From positions 475,818 to 539,817 of the forward strand of contig NMRA01000203.1 of NCBI GenBank assembly GCA_002633005.1: a DNA stretch of 64,000 nucleotides. Reading direction: 5' to 3'. The notes below the pieces were generated by a model. It saw only the letters and a program-made list of their open reading frames with translations. It was not told the DNA's origin and did not search any database. This DNA comes from Phoronis australis (taxonomy: Eukaryota > Animalia > Phoronida). Positions 61,801 through 64,000 of this stretch are shown here, piece by piece. The position numbers were made by a program, and so were the translations under genes. Positions within the stretch are counted from its first letter, which is position 1, and every line of letters starts with the position of its first letter.

Positions 61801-62186
61801 TAATAACCACATGTCAGCCCTACTCAAGACTAGATTCAATCATTTCCAGTCTGAATAAGGATCATGATGAGAGTGGTTCTATACTGCAAAATGGTCTACA
61901 TCAAAAGTTGCCTTTAACAGAACACATTTATTGAGCCTTCAAAAAGTTTTAAAAGTTCAATACACAAATGCACACACATAAATTTTATTCAATGTCAGCA
62001 CCATTGGCACTACTTTGAAAACAGATTGAATTTTTCAAAAGTAAAATGGCACACACATACCTGCAGATCACCAGTCAGTCTATCCACAGTCTGCTGACTG
62101 ACAGGTACAACAGGTAAAATTCTCCTAGTCCTGTAGGGTCGTCCATCATCGCTGCTAAGATCGCTGATGTCACTTGTGGTGTCCAT
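28249..62186 (-). CDS. CEP128: Centrosomal protein CEP128 orthologue (1233 aa coiled-coil protein, 29 coding exons)
   Basis: complement(join) of 62061-62186,59677-59763,58888-59011,58154-58209,57444-57643,53920-53998,52521-52634,50882-50968,50557-50749,49912-50066,48245-48510,47429-47603,46052-46099,44993-45064,44234-44365,43780-43854,43522-43629,41861-41953,41483-41569,40583-40680,39236-39401,38421-38498,37206-37265,34205-34376,33737-33786,33262-33378,32868-32911,30735-30804,28249-28818 = 3702 nt, with consistent phases. Motifs are collinear with human CEP128 as recalled: ETTRNIRAVDTML, PTSPIRDY, RSRTSSVRF..LHQSLRDLTSDQIRL, LDQSEGS, KARAQEVVKQWKAKCKKLER, RWLSAVQKKLQWL. Confidence 0.9.
29235..29375. 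repeat. 29-bp minisatellite (TAGTTGGTGAATCAACAGTACTCATATAG) x~5
   Basis: Direct tandem repeats with no spacers. Confidence 0.95.
30735..30804 (-). CDS. CEP128: CEP128 coding exon 28
   Basis: LQLTVSALKQELSDATKLAKDNR; TAG/GTAAA. Confidence 0.85.
30989..32707 (-). mobile_element. Helentron-associated non-autonomous element (HINE/DINE-1-type) with internal ~150-bp tandem array
   Basis: Minus strand, in order: TTTTTATGCGCCCAC..GTGGACGCAT (sub-TIR plus hairpin), (GTCC)n microsatellite, 11 internal repeat units, then GGGTGCAT sub-TIR, hairpin CAACGC-TCC-GCGTTG and a CTCTTG end. This is the established HINE architecture. Confidence 0.8.
32868..32911 (-). CDS. CEP128: CEP128 coding exon 27
   Basis: ESDTARNRIHERYN; TAG/GTGAGT; required to restore phase. 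Confidence 0.85.
33262..33378 (-). CDS. CEP128: CEP128 coding exon 26
   Basis: EQVLNLTDQLETVREESMHQSFERDREKQDILHELNKLK; CAG/GTAAGT. Confidence 0.88.
33737..33786 (-). CDS. CEP128: CEP128 coding exon 25
   Basis: ALDFLGRKKEAEVESLE; TAG/GTATG. Confidence 0.85.
34205..34376 (-). CDS. CEP128: CEP128 coding exon 24
   Basis: KKLQWLRTNIRERQEQKRKYKIEL...DSLVSKAE; CAG/GTTAG. Confidence 0.9.
34645..35885 (-). mobile_element. second, more diverged HINE-type element of the same family
   Basis: Shared end ACAAGAGCAATGCGAAGCGTTGAAATGCGCCCA, the same internal repeat motifs, a CAGAC microsatellite remnant and a degenerate hairpin at ~35830-35885. Confidence 0.72.
35886..35938. repeat. 15-bp minisatellite (CGATTCATCTTTACA) x~3.5
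   Basis: Direct tandem repeats. Confidence 0.85.
36063..36572 (+). mobile_element. ~510-bp MITE family copy 1 (TIR CAGGGCTTGGAAT; 5-bp TSD ATGAC)
   Basis: CAGGGCTTGGAAT...ATTCCAAGCCCTG, with ATGAC on both sides; near-identical to copies 2 and 3. Confidence 0.92.
37206..37265 (-). CDS. CEP128: CEP128 coding exon 23
   Basis: AMSPLKTLSSDRGRWLSAVQ; CAG/GTAGG. Confidence 0.88.
37417..37920 (+). mobile_element. MITE family copy 2 (6-bp TSD ACTATT)
   Basis: Same TIRs and body; ACTATT at 37411-37416 and 37921-37926. Confidence 0.92.
38421..38498 (-). CDS. CEP128: CEP128 coding exon 22
   Basis: SLLQSVGLEIQTVVELAAVDASDKLQ; CAG/GTTTG. Confidence 0.88.
39236..39401 (-). CDS. CEP128: CEP128 coding exon 21
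   Basis: LEAERNSVKLKYQRVRQEY...KRSEREQQ; CAG/GTTAG. Confidence 0.9.
39630..39770. repeat. 20-bp minisatellite (CATGAAGGGGATACTAGTCA) x7
   Basis: Near-perfect direct tandem repeats. Confidence 0.95.
39774..40134. repeat. inverted repeat / MITE-like element, ~66-bp degenerate arms
   Basis: AATTAGCTGTCATTATGGGGAAAA.. versus ..TTTTCCCCACAATGACGACTAATT. Confidence 0.7.
40583..40680 (-). CDS. CEP128: CEP128 coding exon 20
   Basis: IQLSDERSSSKLVKRQVEKSHAEIERLHTEIS; CAG/GTGTC. Confidence 0.88.
41483..41569 (-). CDS. CEP128: CEP128 coding exon 19
   Basis: NQEEKTKQDFLRRIKHEQADYEAQLQALQ; TAG/GTATG. Confidence 0.88.
41861..41953 (-). CDS. CEP128: CEP128 coding exon 18
   Basis: LKQSHLGAVENLKREINSSTENYKQRLTAAQ; TAG/GTAAC. 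Confidence 0.85.
42335..42407 (+). pseudogene. tRNA-like element, anticodon GGC (Ala-like); probably a pseudogene or repeat-derived
   Basis: D-stem GCTC/GAGC, anticodon stem CTAGA/TCTAG with loop CC-GGC-AA, GGTTCGATTCC B-box, and a TTTTT terminator at ~42413. The T-stem is bulged and the acceptor stem has G-U pairs and a mismatch. Confidence 0.65.
42907..43450 (+). mobile_element. MITE family copy 3 (flanked by a degenerate 37-bp direct repeat)
   Basis: Same TIRs and body; flanks 42870-42906 and 43452-43488 are 32/37 identical. Confidence 0.92.
43522..43629 (-). CDS. CEP128: CEP128 coding exon 17
   Basis: ELKNKLQDIKRSLNESRRNETVAKKDIEDLALQVKE; CAG/GTTTG. Confidence 0.85.
43780..43854 (-). 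CDS. CEP128: CEP128 coding exon 16
   Basis: RQLAENDHHSKELSEQLRKSEIQNQ; CAG/GTGTG. Confidence 0.85.
44234..44365 (-). CDS. CEP128: CEP128 coding exon 15
   Basis: MENELRSYQQRFHSMNEDRNKLDEAISATQAAERLSQDQNRQLQ; TAG/GTAC. Confidence 0.88.
44993..45064 (-). CDS. CEP128: CEP128 coding exon 14 (GC donor)
   Basis: ISELKSTQASLEIELSEAKQVIEQ; TAG / CAG|GCAAGT. Confidence 0.82.
46052..46099 (-). CDS. CEP128: CEP128 coding exon 13
   Basis: SVRAQQEEQISGRDLQ; TAG/GTGAGT. Confidence 0.85.
47429..47603 (-). CDS. CEP128: CEP128 coding exon 12
   Basis: WKAKCKKLERELDRQ...LENMRREMADIL; CAG/GTAGG. Confidence 0.88.
47888..48236. repeat. degenerate ~33-35-bp minisatellite (CCATGTTCCAAGGCCCCCAACCTCTCATGCTATACT-like) x~10
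   Basis: Recurring CCATGTTCCA / CCCCAACCTCTC motifs in CEP128 intron 11. Confidence 0.8.
48245..48510 (-). CDS. CEP128: CEP128 coding exon 11
   Basis: VLSKDLDNKEKHAAKL...EELKARAQEVVK; CAG/GTAAG. Confidence 0.92.
48855..49679. repeat. long inverted repeat, ~200-bp degenerate arms (48855-49067 / 49479-49679)
   Basis: CAAGGTACCTAAA..GTTAACGGACTGC.. versus ..GCAGTCCGTTAAC..TTTAGGTACCTTG. Confidence 0.8.
49912..50066 (-). CDS. CEP128: CEP128 coding exon 10
   Basis: VDESEDRLKLEKEVQQLRAEL...RTQLSDHIE; TAG/GTGAA. Confidence 0.9.
50557..50749 (-). CDS. CEP128: CEP128 coding exon 9
   Basis: AEHELKSTRRKLDQSEGSKSALESQIAQLRGQL...RRKRRA; CAG/GTGGGT. Confidence 0.88.
50882..50968 (-). CDS. CEP128: CEP128 coding exon 8
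   Basis: ALHHLQQPAVPPPPPDTSRLDRLERDRIQ; CAG/GTAC. Confidence 0.85.
51327..52228. repeat. ~449-bp tandem duplication joined at an N (likely haplotype/assembly artefact)
   Basis: TATCGGAAGTTGTCATGCAGCG starts at both 51327 and 51776; N at 51775; copies differ by scattered SNPs. Confidence 0.85.
52521..52634 (-). CDS. CEP128: CEP128 coding exon 7
   Basis: VSSRVDDRLKKLEDEFQTKRKLREQKDEISHLSTELKQ; TAG/GTAG. Confidence 0.9.
53686..53862. repeat. foldback with ~65-bp arms
   Basis: TTGCAAATACTTTAAAGTTTGGTCAG..GCCACCTGTTGGCCACAT versus ATGTGGCCAACAGGTGGC..CTGACCAGACTTTAAAATGTTTGCAA. Confidence 0.85.
53920..53998 (-). CDS. CEP128: CEP128 coding exon 6
   Basis: SERENRRALRDMSTSLKQNQIPATLM; CAG/GTTTGG. 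Confidence 0.8.
54630..55251. repeat. inverted repeat (54630-54745 / 55095-55251) enclosing a 20-bp minisatellite (AATGATAACAGATTGGTCAS)n at 54775-55080 with an N gap
   Basis: Arms GTAAATAGAACAACAAAAATCGATCACTGAAATTTT.. versus ..AAAATTTCAGTGATCCATTTTTGTTGTTTTATTTAC; tandem array seen directly. Confidence 0.85.
56025..56399. repeat. near-perfect 129-bp-arm palindrome (56118-56246 / 56271-56399) with nested inverted triplication
   Basis: Arms differ at 2 positions; 56231-56322 is also an inverted copy of 56025-56116. Confidence 0.9.
56531..57383. repeat. large imperfect palindrome, ~400-bp arms, 33-nt loop, with an embedded perfect 30-bp-arm hairpin (57182-57242)
   Basis: For example GGGAGATCAAGTCCAGGATCTCTGTTCAGACTTG versus CAAGTCTGAACAGAGATCCTGGACTTGATCTCCC. 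Confidence 0.9.
57444..57643 (-). CDS. CEP128: CEP128 coding exon 5
   Basis: RRTSDEEY...RSRTSSVRFREDLNTSIHDLHQSLRDLTSDQIRLQEELGKEAEQRR; TAG/GTAGG. Confidence 0.92.
58154..58209 (-). CDS. CEP128: CEP128 coding exon 4
   Basis: ARRSRRKQRKPTSPIRDYR; CAG/GTGTG; required to restore phase. Confidence 0.85.
58888..59011 (-). CDS. CEP128: CEP128 coding exon 3
   Basis: LREDLSRTTTQLKEERENRRSISDTRSLRSSDLDRYSDTAE; TAG/GTAGG. Confidence 0.88.
59677..59763 (-). CDS. CEP128: CEP128 coding exon 2
   Basis: ETTRNIRAVDTMLDQYKDVSDQHSSAIDK; AAG/GTAAG. Confidence 0.9.
61254..61345. repeat. perfect 43-bp tandem duplication
   Basis: ATTGGTTCAGCAAAATGCGTGGAATTCCCAATAGCTATACTAG x2. Confidence 0.9.
62061..62186 (-). 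CDS. CEP128: CEP128 coding exon 1 (exon spans 62061-62213 including UTR)
   Basis: MDTTSDISDLSSDDGRPYRTRRILPVVPVSQQTVDRLTGDLQ; donor GTATGT. An upstream acceptor at 62214-62215 implies a further UTR exon. Confidence 0.8.
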
Positions 62187-62275
62187 TGTGAAGTCAGCAA
62201 ACCATCAGTATCTCTGTTGATTACATCACATAAGACATAATTAGGCAGTAGGGTGAAAAACGGGAGAGTGTACTC

Positions 62276-63306
62276 CAGGGCTTCATCCAGGATTTCGAAA
62301 ATAGGGTTCCAAAATGGGGTTCCCAATATTTCAGGGCGTGCGATTTCAGCGGTGCGTTACGGCCTACGGGCCTCACTACCTTTCACCAGTAATCCCTCCA
62401 AACACAGTGAGGTTTTTACAAAAAATGCGTAGACCAAGGCTTCTACATCTACATTTATACAAAAACAGCTCCCTGCATTGAGATATTTTACTAAAAACAG
62501 AGCATGGACCAAAACATTTTCTTCTAAATTAACGAAAACAGCCAAGTACCTTACCAAACAAATATTAGACATTGGTTGAATAATGAGTGCACTATGTTTT
62601 TGGAGATCTCAAGCCAAATTGGTGTTATAAAATTTATCATATTTTCTTAACTAGCTTTTATATTCTGTACAATGAATCATTAGAACTGCAATTACCAACA
62701 CAAGAAAAATGCAGAGATGTTGTGTGATTTATATTTTGGCAACAGGTGTCACTGCTGCTCCTTATTAAAACATTAAAACGCACATTGAAAAGCATGAAAA
62801 GGGTTTAAACTCAAAAATTTTAAATGGAATATTCTTGTGGCACAATATACTGGTAGCATTGAAATGATGACATTTATTTCGCTTTTGGTGTTTTTTAAAC
62901 AAAAGATGAAAAACAAGGCACTACAGCTCTGAAACACCAGTTTGGAGTTACCCACGGTCCTGCTGCTACATATACAGGTAGTACTCAATTACCATTTGTG
63001 ACAAGACCACTGAGAGAAGAGACTGCAACTGAACACCTAAAATGATCTACATGTTTTTCAATAGTTTAAGAATTGCAACATGTTATATACATTGTACATT
63101 TCCTTCTGACTTGAAAGGACCAACATTTCACCAATCTTTGATTAACAGCCAGTCCCAATAAGGTTACAATGTTGGTCTCCTAACTGGTGAAATTCTAATC
63201 CACAGTGGGTATCCGAACGATACATTAGGCGTCCTTTTCCAGAGCCTCCAGATTAGTGTTAGGGCGTCAATTTGGACGCCCAGGAACTAGGCTGCATGAA
63301 GGCCTG
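62276..63306. mobile_element. non-autonomous hAT-type element (15-bp TIRs, 8-bp TSD GTGTACTC)
   Basis: CAGGGCTTCATCCAG / CTGCATGAAGGCCTG (13/15 match); GTGTACTC at 62268-62275 and 63307-63314. Confidence 0.85.
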
Positions 63307-64000
63307 GTGTACTCACTGAATCATGATCTGAATTCAAATCTACGATCACGTTATAAATTTAATGGAATCTTTCGATTACTTCAGAATCACAGTGTCATAG
63401 AACTTGAACAAAATCAAACAGGAACATTGAATTGCACCCACGACTGTACCTCAAACGGTGTACTTCCAGGATGTTTATTAGTGTCGTTAAAATGGTCAGT
63501 GCCATTTTAAACACAGTGCGCAGCAGGTGGTATGATGTCATATCCCCTGTCGCATCAGGAATCTGGGAGAATTTTAGGGGGAGGCATGGCCCCCTATAAA
63601 TCCGCCACTAGGCATGCAGCGTAAAAATGGAAGGTTACAGATTTTGGGAACTGAACGAGGGACTGATCGAAGAAAAAGTTTGATAATGGGAGTATTTGTT
63701 GGAGTTAGAAGGAAATAAAGACAGCAACAGCCTCCTAAGGAGTTCCTCCTTTGATGTTTTAGTCAGTGTGAGGCAAAAAAGCTTCCTATAGGAGCTACAC
63801 ATCTGAAGTTCAAATCTACAGATGGTGGTACACACACTAGATATTTCTTTGTGACGCTACAAATGTTTCCAAGGCTGTTGTTGAGATTGAAGGAACAAAA
63901 ATTACCAGTGAGGTGGACCTTAATTGCTTGGTGTCATACTCAATGAGGACCTTAATTTTGACAACCATGTCAAAGTTTCATGTCACAAGGCAGGAGCTTG

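Noticed and set aside
1-64000. Prokaryotic or phage defence system, operon or horizontally acquired island
   Set aside because: No long intronless ORFs or operon structure; the window is explained by spliced metazoan genes and repeats.

Overview
Eukaryotic (metazoan, probably marine invertebrate) genomic DNA: AT-rich, with spliceosomal introns, microsatellites and many non-autonomous DNA transposons. There are no prokaryotic features. I reconstructed three protein-coding genes by hand from splice sites and reading-frame phase. (1) The 5' end of an ITPK1-like inositol-tetrakisphosphate 1-kinase on the minus strand (first coding exon 5657-5745; the gene runs off the left edge). (2) A complete LRRC74-like gene on the plus strand (13 coding exons, 13532-25507, 640 aa; RNI-type LRRs, an EF-hand pair and a Ser/Arg-rich tail). 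(3) A complete CEP128 orthologue on the minus strand (29 coding exons, 62186-28249, 1233 aa, one GC-AG intron). Most short ORFs in the supplied track are spurious. The most interesting non-genic signals are: two Helentron/HINE-type elements whose ~145-160-bp internal repeats each carry a CTCF-consensus-like motif in one orientation; a dense cluster of inverted duplications in CEP128 introns 5-6, including an antisense copy of the exon-6 splice donor; CA...TG-ended elements with 5-, 6- and 8-bp target duplications; tRNA-like cassettes inside DNA transposons; and a CpG-rich to CpG-poor switch near 26 kb. Gene identities rest on my recall of the human protein sequences, not on a database search.
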